Origin: Patescibacteria group bacterium UBA2196
Lineage (GTDB): Bacteria; Patescibacteriota; Patescibacteriia; UBA2196
Assembly: GCA_002328025.1 (NCBI GenBank)
Contig: DCVE01000003.1
Location: 17,222 to 81,221, forward strand
Length of the DNA stretch: 64,000 nucleotides
Direction: 5' to 3'
Numbering within the stretch: position 1 is the stretch's first letter; every line of letters starts with the position of its first letter. The notes beneath the pieces are model-generated. The model saw only the letters and a program-made list of their open reading frames with translations, had not been told where the DNA came from and ran no database searches. Made by a program: the position numbers and the translations under genes. Positions 9,912 to 20,555 of the stretch are shown here, piece by piece.

Positions 9912-11130
9912 ATCTCAAAGCGTCAATCGGATTCAATTTGGCGGCGCGCCGAGCCGGGTAATAACCGAAAATAATGCCAATGGCCGCTGATACGCCGAAG
10001 GCGAGCATAATTGAAAAGCCCGTAACTGAAGTAGTGGTGCCGCCAAATTTCGTAATTAAAAAAGATGCCAGCCAGCCGAAAATAATACCAATGGTGCCAC
10101 CAATAAAAGTTAGAGCTATTGATTCGCCTAAAAATTGGCTACTAATATCCTTGGCTTTGGCGCCCAAAGATTTGCGCAAACCGATTTCGCGAGTTCTTTC
10201 GGTAACAGTGGTCAGCATCATGTTCATAATGCCGATTCCGCCGACTAAAAGCGAAATGCCAGCAATGGCTCCTAAAAGCAAGGTCATTGTGTTGGTAACA
10301 GATGTCATCGCACTGATGGTATCTGCTTGGTTCATAATGCTAAAATCAGCGCTTAGCGGGTCGGCAATTTTGTGTCTGGCCAGCAATAAATTCGTAATTT
10401 GCTCTTGGGCTACTGCCATTAATTTTTCCTCCTTAACCTGAATATTGATATTGCTAACTGAATCACTGCCCGTCAAATATCTTTGCGCCGTGGAAATAGG
10501 AATGTAAATTAAGTCATCACTTGAGCTAAAACCAGTCCCTCCCTTAGCCGCAGTTATGCCAATAACCGTAAATTCCAAATTTTCAATACGAATTTTTTGC
10601 CCAACTGGATCAATGCCTTCACCAAAAAGATCATCGCGAGTTACCGGGCCGAGTACGGCCACTTTAGATGTTTTTGTCACCTGAATATCATTTATATTAC
10701 TGCCTATCTCAACCCCAATACTTTTTATTCGCGCGTAAGATTCCGTAACGCCATAAATACTGGTATTCGTATTGGTGCCTTTGGTTGTTTTAACTTGTTT
10801 TCGGGATGAAACGGTTGGCGCCACTTCTTCAGTATATTCAATTTGCTCGGCAATGGCCTTAGAATCCCCTAAGGTTAAAGTAGTCGCCGAGCCTATTCCG
10901 CCACGCACCATTTGTCCCGCACCTTGTCGCGAACCAGGCATCACCACCAATAAATTCGAGCCCAGAGACTCGATATTGGCTACAATATCGCTAGCGGCGC
11001 CTTGGCCGATAGAAATCATGGCAATTACTGAACCAATCCCAATCACAATACCAAGTGTGGTTAAAACTGACCGTGACTTATTGGCGGACAGGGCAAAATA
11101 TGTTTCTTGCAATAAATCTGAAAATAGCAT
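9904..11130 (-). CDS. ABC transporter permease, MacB/FtsX-like
   Basis: N-terminal TM, large periplasmic domain, C-terminal four-helix FtsX region ending ...NPIDALRYE. Confidence 0.85.
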   Translation of the reverse strand: MLFSDLLQETYFALSANKSRSVLTTLGIVIGIGSVIAMISIGQGAASDIVANIESLGSNLLVVMPGSRQGAGQMVRGGIGSATTLTLGDSKAIAEQIEYTEEVAPTVSSRKQVKTTKGTNTNTSIYGVTESYARIKSIGVEIGSNINDIQVTKTSKVAVLGPVTRDDLFGEGIDPVGQKIRIENLEFTVIGITAAKGGTGFSSSDDLIYIPISTAQRYLTGSDSVSNINIQVKEEKLMAVAQEQITNLLLARHKIADPLSADFSIMNQADTISAMTSVTNTMTLLLGAIAGISLLVGGIGIMNMMLTTVTERTREIGLRKSLGAKAKDISSQFLGESIALTFIGGTIGIIFGWLASFLITKFGGTTTSVTGFSIMLAFGVSAAIGIIFGYYPARRAAKLNPIDALRYE

Positions 11131-11134
11131 AAAT

Positions 11135-11842
11135 TTACTTGATTTTTAAACCGTCGTGATTAGAATTTTTATCTGAAATAATCCGGCCATCCTTTATTTC
11201 AATAATCTTGTTAGCATGATCTGCTACATATCTTTCATGAGTAATTAAAATAATGGTGTGTCCTTTTTCTTGGTTTAATTTTTTGAAAGTTTCCAAGACA
11301 ATGTCACCGGTTTTTGAATCAAGGTTTCCAGTTGGCTCATCGGCTAAAATTAAATCTGGTTCATTAACTAATGCCCGAGCAATGGCCACTCTCTGCATTT
11401 GTCCACCAGATAATTGATTTGATAGATGATGCCACCTTTCTTTTTCCAAACCAACTGCATTTAAAGAATTTTCAGCTCGCTCAATCCGTTCGCCCTTATT
11501 CACTTTACTGCCATATAAAAGCGGCATAATTACATTACGCAACACAGTAGCTCGTGATAACAAATTGAAGGATTGAAAAACAAAACCGATTTTCTGCGAA
11601 CGAATTTCTGCCAACTCATCATCAGATAATTCAGAAACATCTTGATTATTAAGAAAATATTTTCCACTGCTTGGTTTATCAAGCGCCCCCAGAATATGCA
11701 TTAAGGTTGATTTACCAGAACCGGAAGGACCAATAATTGCCACAAACTCACCTTTCTTAATTTCAAAACAAACGTCTTTTAATACGGTTAGAGAGGTTTC
11801 GCCGGTTTGATAAGTTTTACTTATATTTTCGCACTTAATCAT
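11135..11842 (-). CDS. ABC transporter ATP-binding protein (MacB/LolD-type)
   Basis: Walker A GPSGSGKST, signature LSGGQMQRVAIARAL, Walker B ILADEPTGNLD. Confidence 0.9.
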   Translation of the reverse strand: MIKCENISKTYQTGETSLTVLKDVCFEIKKGEFVAIIGPSGSGKSTLMHILGALDKPSSGKYFLNNQDVSELSDDELAEIRSQKIGFVFQSFNLLSRATVLRNVIMPLLYGSKVNKGERIERAENSLNAVGLEKERWHHLSNQLSGGQMQRVAIARALVNEPDLILADEPTGNLDSKTGDIVLETFKKLNQEKGHTIILITHERYVADHANKIIEIKDGRIISDKNSNHDGLKIK

Positions 11843-11879
11843 AATTTTTATAGCCTATGCAAATCAGTAACGGCTGACA

Positions 11880-13679
11880 CTATCGCATTGTTCTTTGTAT
11901 TTGTCGCATGGGGTCAGATTGCATACCACCCATTGGCACACTACCGCCAGTGCTTGTTTGAATAATACTGTTATTGTTTATGGTCCGGCTTATAACTTTC
12001 TCGCCCTCTTCAAGCCCACTAATGATTTCAATCATAATATCATTACTTGACCCAGTCACCACTGTTTTTCTTTGTGGCTGGCCACTAACTAAAACTTCAA
12101 CATAACTATTCTCTCCGATTCCTTTAACGGCGCTTGATGGAGCAAGTAGAATATTTTGTTTAGATTCAAGTATAATTGAAGTACTAACGGTCATGCCTGG
12201 CTTGATTCGTTCATCGTCAACATCAAAAGCGATCTTGACGCCATAGCTTACTACTCCCTGGTTAATAGTTCCCAAAGTATCAACTTCCACCACCTTGCCG
12301 GTAATTGACAAATTCTCTGCCGCGTCAAACTGCAAAGTGGCTTTTTGATCAACTTTAACCCGGGCTGCGTCAATTTCATTTAAGGTAACTTCCGCTATTT
12401 TTTGCTGAGTGATAATGCTTGCCAAAACAGTGCCCGAAGAAACAGAATCTCCTTTTATAATTTTAGAGTTAACAGCTGTTAGAATGCCGTCAAAGGGCGC
12501 GTAAATAAAATAGTCACTCCATTTTTCCTGCGCGTCCCAAAGCGCTTCTTGTTTTTGGACAACAGTATATTCTTGGGATTTGATATCATTTGGGTCAGTG
12601 CCAATTTTTACTTCTTCTAGCGCCAATTTTTTTTCGGCTAATTTTTCCTCTGCGGCTTGAATAGTGATTTTGGCGTCTTCAATTTTTTTCGGCGTCTCTT
12701 GCACTGTATCATCGATTGTTTCTATAATTCTTTGCAGAGAACTTACATTGGAGTAAGCGGCTGAGACATTGCTTTCAATTTTAGGTTGCATCTTGTCAAT
12801 ATGAGAAACTATATAAAGAGAACTACTATAACTCCTAACTTTAATCGCATCATACATATGACGCGCGCTTTCTAATGTTTGCGTAATGGACTTAGTTGTT
12901 TCAAGGGTTTCTTCAATAAGTTTGTAAATCACATCACGTTCCGCGTTGCTATATATTCCTCTAAAAAAAATAAAATTTTTGTTATATTTATCAAGAGCAT
13001 TATAATAGTCAGCTAAAAGTTTCTCAGTAAATATTGAGTTTTTTCCTAATATTAATTCATAAGCAGAAATATGCGCGTCTGACGCCGTTTCTGTGCCTAA
13101 TACATCTTTTAAATCTGCCATATAATCAGACAATTTAAAAAAAATATCTGAAACAGAACTATAGCCGTCTTCATATGCCTTAACTAAAGTTCTTTCGGTA
13201 TCTATTTCAATTACTTCATAATTTTCTTTTGCCTTGGTTAAATCGCGTTCGGCCTGAGCCACGGCATTTTCAGCTGTAAGCAAAGATTTCGCGTCTGGTC
13301 GGGATAGCAAATCTTCTAATTTTGTTTTAGCTAAATCTAAGGCAATCTGAGCATCGCGAATTGACTTACTGGCGTCACGACTGTCTATTTTGGCCAACAA
13401 ATCGCCCCTTTTAACTTCTTGGTCATTTTTTATATTAAAATAAATCAGATCGCCAGACACTCTGGGTTTAATATCAATTTGATTTTCAGCCGACACTTGG
13501 CCTGTGCCTGAAATTGAAGAAATTAACATTCCTTTCACAATTCCTTCAGTTACGTAACTAACTCCATTCTCTTTAGCATTAATTTTTTGATAACCAAAAT
13601 ATCCACCACTAATTATGATAGCTAAAATAATCAGAGAAATGATTTTATGTACCCGAATCAGGGTAATTATTTTTTTCAT
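11880..13679 (-). CDS. periplasmic adaptor/membrane-fusion protein (HlyD/MacA-like)
   Basis: N-terminal TM anchor, long coiled-coil hairpin, C-terminal beta domains; directly upstream of the ATPase-permease pair. Confidence 0.7.
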   Translation of the reverse strand: MKKIITLIRVHKIISLIILAIIISGGYFGYQKINAKENGVSYVTEGIVKGMLISSISGTGQVSAENQIDIKPRVSGDLIYFNIKNDQEVKRGDLLAKIDSRDASKSIRDAQIALDLAKTKLEDLLSRPDAKSLLTAENAVAQAERDLTKAKENYEVIEIDTERTLVKAYEDGYSSVSDIFFKLSDYMADLKDVLGTETASDAHISAYELILGKNSIFTEKLLADYYNALDKYNKNFIFFRGIYSNAERDVIYKLIEETLETTKSITQTLESARHMYDAIKVRSYSSSLYIVSHIDKMQPKIESNVSAAYSNVSSLQRIIETIDDTVQETPKKIEDAKITIQAAEEKLAEKKLALEEVKIGTDPNDIKSQEYTVVQKQEALWDAQEKWSDYFIYAPFDGILTAVNSKIIKGDSVSSGTVLASIITQQKIAEVTLNEIDAARVKVDQKATLQFDAAENLSITGKVVEVDTLGTINQGVVSYGVKIAFDVDDERIKPGMTVSTSIILESKQNILLAPSSAVKGIGENSYVEVLVSGQPQRKTVVTGSSNDIMIEIISGLEEGEKVISRTINNNSIIQTSTGGSVPMGGMQSDPMRQIQRTMR

Positions 13680-13773
13680 AACTTTTTACTTGAAAAATTT
13701 TACAAAATTTAAAACCTTCGTTCTGTTGCTCACCAACGAAACAAAGCGCTTCAAACTTCGCTCGCAAAAAATT

Positions 13774-14322
13774 TTATTCTCCAGAATCATGTGACATTTT
13801 AACTGCGGCTTCTTGAATTTTTTGCACAATTTCTGGATTGTCAGAAGTAATTGTCATTTGCACTCCATTTTCTAAATTAACAACCCTACGATTAACTTCA
13901 TCAGAAAAACCCATCAAACCCATGGGACCGAAAGAACATTCTATTTTACCCTTTCGTTGTCCATTTTTTTTAAATTCTTCCATTCTAGCTTTCATCTCTT
14001 CGGTTAGTTCAGGCCTATTAACTCTCATTTCTCCCATTTTAGCTTGTCTTTCTTCTTCGCTCATAATCTTCCACTCTTCCCTTTGAACTCCTCTTTCAGC
14101 TTTGCATTCTTCAATTTTTACCCGCCATTCTTCTGAACCTTTTTCAAGTCCTGTTAAGTCACATTGTTCACCGCCTCTAAAAAAACCGAACATACGCCCT
14201 CCACCAAAAGCATTTGCTTGGAGTGTATTAAAGGCAATTCCGCCAACAATAAATGACGCAACAATTAAGGTGCCTATGACTATTTTTGTTTTAGTAATCA
14301 TATTTTTTAAAAAGTTTTTCAA
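13774..14322 (-). CDS. hypothetical secreted/periplasmic helical protein
   Basis: signal peptide; Glu/Lys/Met-rich helical repeats (EEWK..EEMKARMEEFKK). Confidence 0.45.
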   Translation of the reverse strand: MKNFLKNMITKTKIVIGTLIVASFIVGGIAFNTLQANAFGGGRMFGFFRGGEQCDLTGLEKGSEEWRVKIEECKAERGVQREEWKIMSEEERQAKMGEMRVNRPELTEEMKARMEEFKKNGQRKGKIECSFGPMGLMGFSDEVNRRVVNLENGVQMTITSDNPEIVQKIQEAAVKMSHDSGE

Positions 14323-14339
14323 CTTTAGTTAATTTTTAA

Positions 14340-14530
14340 TATTAAACTGTTGGTCGACCTTTAAGCGACCAATCGAGCTGATCCGAGAGGATAAATCCGC
14401 TTAATATTGGCCTTTATCATTAATACAACCCTAACTCCAAATTTATTTCATTTTTATCCCAAAAGGTCAAATAAAGGGCCCGATTAAAAGCCCATAATCC
14501 TCTCGTTCGGCTCATTTTATCCAACCCTTA
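14340..14530. ncRNA. candidate structured RNA or palindromic-element cluster (uncertain)
   Basis: 290-bp non-coding gap with long-range complementarity (GATCCGAGAGGAT at ~14375 pairs with ATCCTCTCGTTCGG at ~14497) and short GC-rich hairpins (TTGGTCGAC-CTTTAAG-CGACCAA; GGGC-CCGATTAAAA-GCCC). Confidence 0.2.
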
Positions 14531-14628
14531 TAAATATTAATACCGGACTATCACCCCTTTTATTTCATTTTAAAAATTTAAAAACTACTCCATTTTTATG
14601 GAATAGTTTTTTGCAAATTTAACAAACA

Positions 14629-15549
14629 TTATTCAATACATTTATCAAAACACTCTCTGGGATGAATTCTATTCTTAAAACATTCTTTAATACATTCATT
14701 GGTTTGCTCATCAAAATTTAATAAATGCGATGGTAATGGTGGTGTAATAGTTGAATAATTTCTGGAAAAAGAAACAAACTGACGATGTATGCCTCGTCTA
14801 ATCATCGGTGGAAATCCTTTTTCACCTACAACGTGTATTTTTTCTGCCACAAAAACACTATCTTCTTTTTTACCAACAGCAATAATAAATTGGTCTATCG
14901 TAAATGGGTCTTGACAACCAGCTTCACTGAATCTATGCGAGTCAGAATTATCACAATCTAATTCTAATAAACTTACTTTTTCAAAACCACGCGGTGTTTC
15001 TAAAATTAAATAGTTATCATTTATTTCATAAATTTTGCCCGCTATGCCCCTACCTCTCGATTCTATCCCTCTGCCAATAAGTGGTTTGAGAAACATGCCA
15101 GGTACGCGATTTTTAAAAGCCTGTTCCTCTATGCTTTCCGTAACACCGCTGTAAGCTGCTGCACTGCCAACAATTAAAACCAAAGTCAATATACCCAAAG
15201 CAAAATACTTAAACGGTTTTTTATATGACCACTCAGTCTTTGTTATTAAATATCCAGTTGCAAATAAAAGTAAAATCAAGCTAACAACTAACAGATACGG
15301 AAATGATTCTAAAAAAGCCAAAATGCCTGCTTTGCCAAAACTTAAGTATTCTAAGCTGTCAGTAGTTCTCATATAGAATAAAACCAGACTAAAAAACAGG
15401 ATAGACAAAATAACCGTTAAAATAATGCCGCTATTCAATCCTAACTTTTTAGCTAAAAATACATATTTTGAACGCAACTTAACTCTGCCAGATTTAATCT
15501 CTGACATTATTTTGTCTTCTAATCCTTTAGATTTGTTATTATTTTTCAT
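14629..15549 (-). CDS. putative anti-sigma factor (membrane protein with Cys-rich C-terminus)
   Basis: start overlaps the stop of the upstream ECF sigma by 11 nt; multiple TM helices; C-terminal NECIKECFKNRIHPRECFDKC. Confidence 0.5.
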   Translation of the reverse strand: MKNNNKSKGLEDKIMSEIKSGRVKLRSKYVFLAKKLGLNSGIILTVILSILFFSLVLFYMRTTDSLEYLSFGKAGILAFLESFPYLLVVSLILLLFATGYLITKTEWSYKKPFKYFALGILTLVLIVGSAAAYSGVTESIEEQAFKNRVPGMFLKPLIGRGIESRGRGIAGKIYEINDNYLILETPRGFEKVSLLELDCDNSDSHRFSEAGCQDPFTIDQFIIAVGKKEDSVFVAEKIHVVGEKGFPPMIRRGIHRQFVSFSRNYSTITPPLPSHLLNFDEQTNECIKECFKNRIHPRECFDKCIE

Positions 15550-16105
15550 AATCTTTTTGTTGACTTATTTTTTCCTTTAGTATTTGTTTAGCTCTAGAAA
15601 TCAAGGTGCCAACTGTATTTTTAGGAATATGCAAAATATCACTAATTTCTTGATAAGACTTTTGTTCAAAATAAAATAGGATTAAAGGTTCACTATACTT
15701 TAAGTTAATATTAGTTAAAAGTTTGTCTACTTTTTCTTTTAATAAATTACCATCAATTTGACAATGCAAATTATTTTTTTCATCAACTATCTTATATTCT
15801 ACCTCTTCTAAAGAAATTTGTCCTCTGGAATTTTTTTTTAAATGATTAACAGCTTCATTATGAGCTATGCGATAAATCCATGATGAAAATTTTTTATTGA
15901 TATTGAAACCATATAAATTTCTATATGATTTAATAAAAACCACCTGAAGCACATCTTCAAGTTTGTCGGGATCATAAATAAATTTTCGCAGATAATGTAA
16001 CAACTTGGTTTGATAACGTTTAATTATTTCACTATACAATTCTTGATCTTTTTCCCTAATTATTTTAACAAGTTGTTCATCGGTCAATTGAGAGGAGGAT
16101 TGCAT
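15539..16105 (-). CDS. RNA polymerase sigma factor, ECF (sigma-70 region 2/4) family
   Basis: region 2 (VFIKSYRNLYGF...FSSWIYRIAHNEAVNHLKK) and region 4 HTH (SYQEISDILHIPKNTVGTLISRAKQ). Confidence 0.85.
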   Translation of the reverse strand: MQSSSQLTDEQLVKIIREKDQELYSEIIKRYQTKLLHYLRKFIYDPDKLEDVLQVVFIKSYRNLYGFNINKKFSSWIYRIAHNEAVNHLKKNSRGQISLEEVEYKIVDEKNNLHCQIDGNLLKEKVDKLLTNINLKYSEPLILFYFEQKSYQEISDILHIPKNTVGTLISRAKQILKEKISQQKDYEK

Positions 16106-16161
16106 ATATTATCAGTTTACCCCTAATATTAATACAATTCAATAAAGAAAAAAATTCAAAC

Positions 16162-16193
16162 AAAAAATACCTCAAAAATTGAGGTATTTTTTG
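16162..16193. terminator. bidirectional rho-independent terminator (downstream of tRNA-Asn)
   Basis: TACCTCAA-AAA-TTGAGGTA hairpin flanked by an A-run and a T-run. Confidence 0.6.
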
Positions 16194-16310
16194 TAATCTA
16201 CCGCGCATTCCAGTTCAATTCCATTTTCTAGGGAGGAAATAAAAAATCGAACCACCAATCAAATTTGGTTAATATTAGACGCATATTGACCTCTCGAAAC
16301 GCGCACTAGG

Positions 16311-16385
16311 TTGGCTCGGGGAGTGGGGCTCGAACCCACGACCAATTGATTAACAGTCAATTGCTCTACCACTGAGCTATCCCCG
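16311..16385 (-). tRNA. tRNA-Asn (GTT)
   Basis: reverse complement TCGGGGATAGCTCAGTGGTAGAGCAATTGACTGTTAATCAATTGGTCGTGGGTTCGAGCCCCACTCCCCGAGCCA; cloverleaf with anticodon loop CTGTTAA; CCA encoded. Confidence 0.9.
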
Positions 16386-16488
16386 AATAAATTTTCAAAA
16401 AAAGTATAGCAATTTTTATAATATCATGCAAATTTTAAAATTTAGACTAAATTATTATAACCTAACTATCAATTTAAAAAAATGACTT

Positions 16489-17049
16489 CTATTGGGTTGC
16501 AGTTTTATCAATTGAAATTAATTCAACTTCAAAAACTAAAGCACTGTTGGGGGGAATTACGTTTCCAGCCCCTTGTGCACCATAAGCTAAATCTGCCGGA
16601 ATGAACAATTTCCTTTTTTCACCAACCTGCATACCAATAATTCCTTTGTCCCAGCCCTGTATAACTTGACCCACACCAATAACAACCTGAAATGGTTGGC
16701 CACGATCCAAACTTGAATCAAATTTTGTACCATTGGTTAAATTGCCAACATAGTGCACGGTAATGGTATCGCCGGCTTGAACTTTTTGTTCGCCAGTACC
16801 TGGACTAATTATTTGCGCCTGCAGTTCATTGATTTCCTGCGCCGATGAATTGGAAACACTGGCCGGTTTGTTTTGATCGTCATTCATAGGAAGATTATTA
16901 TTTATTGATTCTTTTTTTGTCTCATCTTTTTGTTGCGTGATTAAAACTTTATCCTCAGATCCAATCTTTAAACTAGCTAAATTAAAAATCACATAACCCA
17001 GTAAAAAAAATACAACTATCAATAAAATAATGATAAAAAATGTCTTCAT
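16489..17049 (-). CDS. FKBP-type peptidyl-prolyl cis-trans isomerase, membrane-anchored
   Basis: N-terminal TM; canonical FKBP core GDTITVHYVGNLTNGTKFDSS...VIQGWDKGIIGMQVGEKRKLFIPADLAYG. Confidence 0.9.
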   Translation of the reverse strand: MKTFFIIILLIVVFFLLGYVIFNLASLKIGSEDKVLITQQKDETKKESINNNLPMNDDQNKPASVSNSSAQEINELQAQIISPGTGEQKVQAGDTITVHYVGNLTNGTKFDSSLDRGQPFQVVIGVGQVIQGWDKGIIGMQVGEKRKLFIPADLAYGAQGAGNVIPPNSALVFEVELISIDKTATQ

Positions 17050-17053
17050 AAAT

Positions 17054-18382
17054 TTAATAATCCAATAATTTTCTCATGCCCTCGCTTTCTTCAATTCTTT
17101 CCAAGGCTTTAGCTTCAATCTGACGAATACGTTCTCTGGTCACGCCAAATTCCAAACCCACTTCTTCCAGTGTATGTGCCACGCCATCTTCCAAACCAAA
17201 ACGCATTTTTAAAATCTTTTGTTCGCGCGGTGTTAGATCGGCAATAATTTCTTGAATATGATCGCGTAAAAGTTCTAGGGATGCGGCTTTGGATGGAGTA
17301 ATGGTTTTTAAATCTTCTAAAAAATCGCCCAGCTTAGAGTCATCATTATCATCGTTGCCCACCGAAGTTTCTAAAGAAACGGTCTCCTGAGAAATTTTAA
17401 TTATATGGCGAATTTTATCAACTTCCTCGCCCATTTCCGCGGCAATTTCTTCAGGTAGTGGTTCACGCCCCAAATCTTGAATCAAGCGCCGTTCAGCCTG
17501 TTGAAATTTATTAATTGTTTCCACCATATGCACTGGAATACGAATGGTGCGTGATTGATCGGCCAAAGCGCGAGTAATAGCCTGCCGAATCCACCAGGTG
17601 GCGTAGGTGGAAAATTTATACCCCTTACGATAATCAAACTTTTCTACCGCCCTAAACAAACCAATATTCCCTTCTTGAATTAAATCTAATAGAGTTAGAC
17701 CGCTACGACCGGCAAATTTTTTGGCAATCGAAACCACCAAACGCAAATTTGACTCGACCAATTTCCGAACTGCCTCTTTATCACCCTTTTCCTTACGTTT
17801 TGCTAGAACCGTTTCTTCGTCGCTTTTTAATAAAGGCACCTTACCAATTTCCCGCAAATACATCTGAATTGAGTCGGCTGAAATATCCGATAAATCCATT
17901 CGCCGTTGATCACTACCACCCAAGCCCATTTGTTGCAAAACATCTTTGCGTTCTTCTTTTTTACCTAAAACACTCAACTCTCTTTCAACAACTTGCACGC
18001 CTTGCCGTTCAAATTTTACTAGCAATGCTTCATAACGATCAACATACTCCTCCAAATCAGGTAAAGTATACAAAACTTCATCTTCAGTCACAAAACCACG
18101 CGAACGACCTTTTTTTAACAAAAGTTTAATTTTTTCCTCGTCGGCCACTGATTTAACCAAGGATTGACTCTTTTCAAGCTTCTTTTTTTTTATAACACTT
18201 TTTTTGGATTTTTTTTTCTTAGAAAAAACTTTCTTCTTAAATTTAAAGCTTGGGGATTTTTTTTTAAAAACCTTCTTCTTGACAATACTTTTTTTTGCAA
18301 CATTTCTTTTGTTTTTCTTAAAAATTTTTTTTGGCGTCACAAGACGTCGTTTAGCTAAATTTTTAATTCTTTTTTTTATCAT
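17054..18382 (-). CDS. rpoD: RNA polymerase primary sigma factor
   Basis: regions 1.2 to 4: [39 protein letters not shown], the [10 protein letters not shown] box and a C-terminal HTH; Lys-rich N-terminus. Confidence 0.9.
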   Translation of the reverse strand: MIKKRIKNLAKRRLVTPKKIFKKNKRNVAKKSIVKKKVFKKKSPSFKFKKKVFSKKKKSKKSVIKKKKLEKSQSLVKSVADEEKIKLLLKKGRSRGFVTEDEVLYTLPDLEEYVDRYEALLVKFERQGVQVVERELSVLGKKEERKDVLQQMGLGGSDQRRMDLSDISADSIQMYLREIGKVPLLKSDEETVLAKRKEKGDKEAVRKLVESNLRLVVSIAKKFAGRSGLTLLDLIQEGNIGLFRAVEKFDYRKGYKFSTYATWWIRQAITRALADQSRTIRIPVHMVETINKFQQAERRLIQDLGREPLPEEIAAEMGEEVDKIRHIIKISQETVSLETSVGNDDNDDSKLGDFLEDLKTITPSKAASLELLRDHIQEIIADLTPREQKILKMRFGLEDGVAHTLEEVGLEFGVTRERIRQIEAKALERIEESEGMRKLLDY

Positions 18383-18405
18383 AATAAAACTACCCTAAAA
18401 AAATA

Positions 18406-20184
18406 TTAATTAATTTTAGCAAATTCTATCAACAATTTATTTGCTAATTCCATATTATTATTTTGTTCAGCTACCTTAATCTGTTGCTGCAGGATTGTTC
18501 GTCGCCGCGACAAATCTTGATTTTTTAGATAAAAAGCGGCTGCATCAAATTCATGTGCCACCTCTCGTGGAGTCATTTCAGTAAATTCGGTTTCCGCCAA
18601 CAACACCAGTCCTTCAAAAAAGCTTTCTAGCACCTCATTTTTATTCATTTTCAAATCCGTACGTAAAAATTCCAGAGACACACATCTCTCTTTAGTATAG
18701 TAAATTATCAGCTTTTTGTAAAACTCACGTGCCAAGCCCTCAAAATAATTTTCTGATATCTGCGCAATAGCTTGCTCCAAAAGTCGCACATCAAAAAGCA
18801 TCAAAGCCAAAATTCTTTCCATAACCGACAGTTGGCGTGATTGTAAATTTTTTCCAACCGTAACCGCAGTGGTTGGATATTTTAATTTTTGGTTACTATT
18901 TTTTCCAACTTTAAGTTTAGTAATAGCCTGACGTAAAGCCCCTTCATCAACCGTCAATTTTTCAGCTAACTGCTTTAAATAATAATTTTCAGTCAAAGGA
19001 TCAGTTAATCTGGCAATCCACGGCAATAATGCTTTAGCCACTTTTCTTTTTTCTTCCAAAATTGTCACATCCCGATTGCTTAATTCTTTAATAAAAAAAT
19101 ACTCCATAATATCACGCGCACCATCAACGGCTGATAACCAAGCTGATAAATTTTGATGGATCAATTCATCTGGATCTTTAATGCCGGTCGGCAAAATAAT
19201 TACCTTAACATTCAGTTCTTCCTGCCACAATAAACTAATCCCCCGCATACCAGCGATTGCGCCAGCTGCATCAGCATCAAAACAAATGGCCACTGTATCG
19301 CAATAACGTTTGATTGTTTTTATCTGCTCCACGGTTAACGAAGTACCCGAAACAGCCACCACATTTTTTACACCAGCTTCAAAACAAGAGATGGCATCCA
19401 TGTTCCCCTCCACCAAAATCAAAAGATTATTTTTTTTGGTCATTTCTTTGGCCTTATCCAAAGCATATAAAACTTGCGACTTGTTATAGATTAAAGTTTG
19501 CGAACTATTAATGTATTTAGCGCTCTCGGTGGCGCTTATTGCCCGAGCCGTAAAACCAACTATGTTGCCATGATAATCACTAATGGGGAAAATGAGACGG
19601 GCACGAAAACGATCATAATAATTTGGACTGCCACCTGTTTTTTCTACCACCAAACCCGACTGCTTTAATTCATAATCATTAAAACCACGGCTTTTTAAAT
19701 ATTGACTAGTAGCTTGCCAACTGTCTGGAGCATAACCCAGTTTAAACTCTTGAATAGTTTCCATTTTCAATTTCCTTTTCTCCACTAAATATTTTAAAGC
19801 TGTGTTTCCAACTGGCTGACGCAGCTGCTCCATAAAAAATTCAGTTACAATTTTATGCAAATCCAAAAGCCTGGTTTTCAAATTGGTAATTCGCGGATCC
19901 TGCCTGACAATTTCTACCCCAGCTTTGGCGGCTAAAATTTTAAGCGCTTCGGGAAATTCAATATTTTCAATTTTTTCCAAAAAAGAAAACATATCACCAG
20001 ACTCACCGCAGCCAAAACATTTAAAAAACTGCTTTTCGCGTGAGACCATAAAAGACGGTGTTTTTTCATTATGAAATGGACACAAACCCTTAAAATTGGC
20101 CCCAGACTGTCTTAGGGGTACAAATTCACTAATGACATCCACAATGTCAAGCTTGGTTTTTATTTCTTCAGTTTGAGACATCAT
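18406..20184 (-). CDS. dnaG: DNA primase
   Basis: CHC2 zinc finger CPFHNEKTPSFMVS...FKCFGCGESGD; Toprim domain (ILVEGNMD...DAD); directly upstream of rpoD (conserved dnaG-rpoD operon). Confidence 0.9.
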   Translation of the reverse strand: MMSQTEEIKTKLDIVDVISEFVPLRQSGANFKGLCPFHNEKTPSFMVSREKQFFKCFGCGESGDMFSFLEKIENIEFPEALKILAAKAGVEIVRQDPRITNLKTRLLDLHKIVTEFFMEQLRQPVGNTALKYLVEKRKLKMETIQEFKLGYAPDSWQATSQYLKSRGFNDYELKQSGLVVEKTGGSPNYYDRFRARLIFPISDYHGNIVGFTARAISATESAKYINSSQTLIYNKSQVLYALDKAKEMTKKNNLLILVEGNMDAISCFEAGVKNVVAVSGTSLTVEQIKTIKRYCDTVAICFDADAAGAIAGMRGISLLWQEELNVKVIILPTGIKDPDELIHQNLSAWLSAVDGARDIMEYFFIKELSNRDVTILEEKRKVAKALLPWIARLTDPLTENYYLKQLAEKLTVDEGALRQAITKLKVGKNSNQKLKYPTTAVTVGKNLQSRQLSVMERILALMLFDVRLLEQAIAQISENYFEGLAREFYKKLIIYYTKERCVSLEFLRTDLKMNKNEVLESFFEGLVLLAETEFTEMTPREVAHEFDAAAFYLKNQDLSRRRTILQQQIKVAEQNNNMELANKLLIEFAKIN

Positions 20185-20261
20185 ATAGCATTACTTTAGC
20201 ACTCAAAACTTAAATTGACAACCAATTATTTTTTCAGTATAGTTAATGAATAATGCCAGAT

Positions 20262-20348
20262 GGAAGGGTGGCAGAGTGGTCTAACGCGACAGTCTTGAAA
20301 ACTGTTAGGGATGAAAGTCCCTCGTGAGTTCGAATCTCACCCCTTCCG
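20262..20348 (+). tRNA. tRNA-Ser (TGA)
   Basis: GGAAGGGTGGCAGAGTGGTCTAACGCGACAGTCTTGAAAACTGT... with long variable arm and T-arm GAGTTCGAATCTCAC; no CCA encoded. Confidence 0.85.
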
Positions 20349-20381
20349 TATTTAAAAAAAATAGAATTTAATAATGTTTAT

Positions 20382-20472
20382 GGAGAGATGGCCGAGTGGC
20401 TTAAGGCGGCAGGTTGCTAACCTGTTGTATGTCTTTTTGGGCATACCCAGGGTTCAAATCCCTGTCTCTCCG
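20382..20472 (+). tRNA. tRNA-Ser (GCT)
   Basis: GGAGAGATGGCCGAGTGGCTTAAGGCGGCAGGTTGCTAACCTGT... long variable arm, T-arm CAGGGTTCAAATCCCTG. Confidence 0.85.
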
Positions 20473-20555
20473 TTTCTAAAATCAACGCATAAAATATATC
20501 TTGCATTAATCATTTTTTTCAGTTAGAATAATTGTAATTAAAAATTGTATTCTAT

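Noticed and set aside
18164-18398. Phe/Lys-rich plus-strand ORFs at the 5' end of rpoD
   Set aside because: Products of the poly-A/T tract encoding the Lys-rich RpoD N-terminus read in the wrong frame or strand
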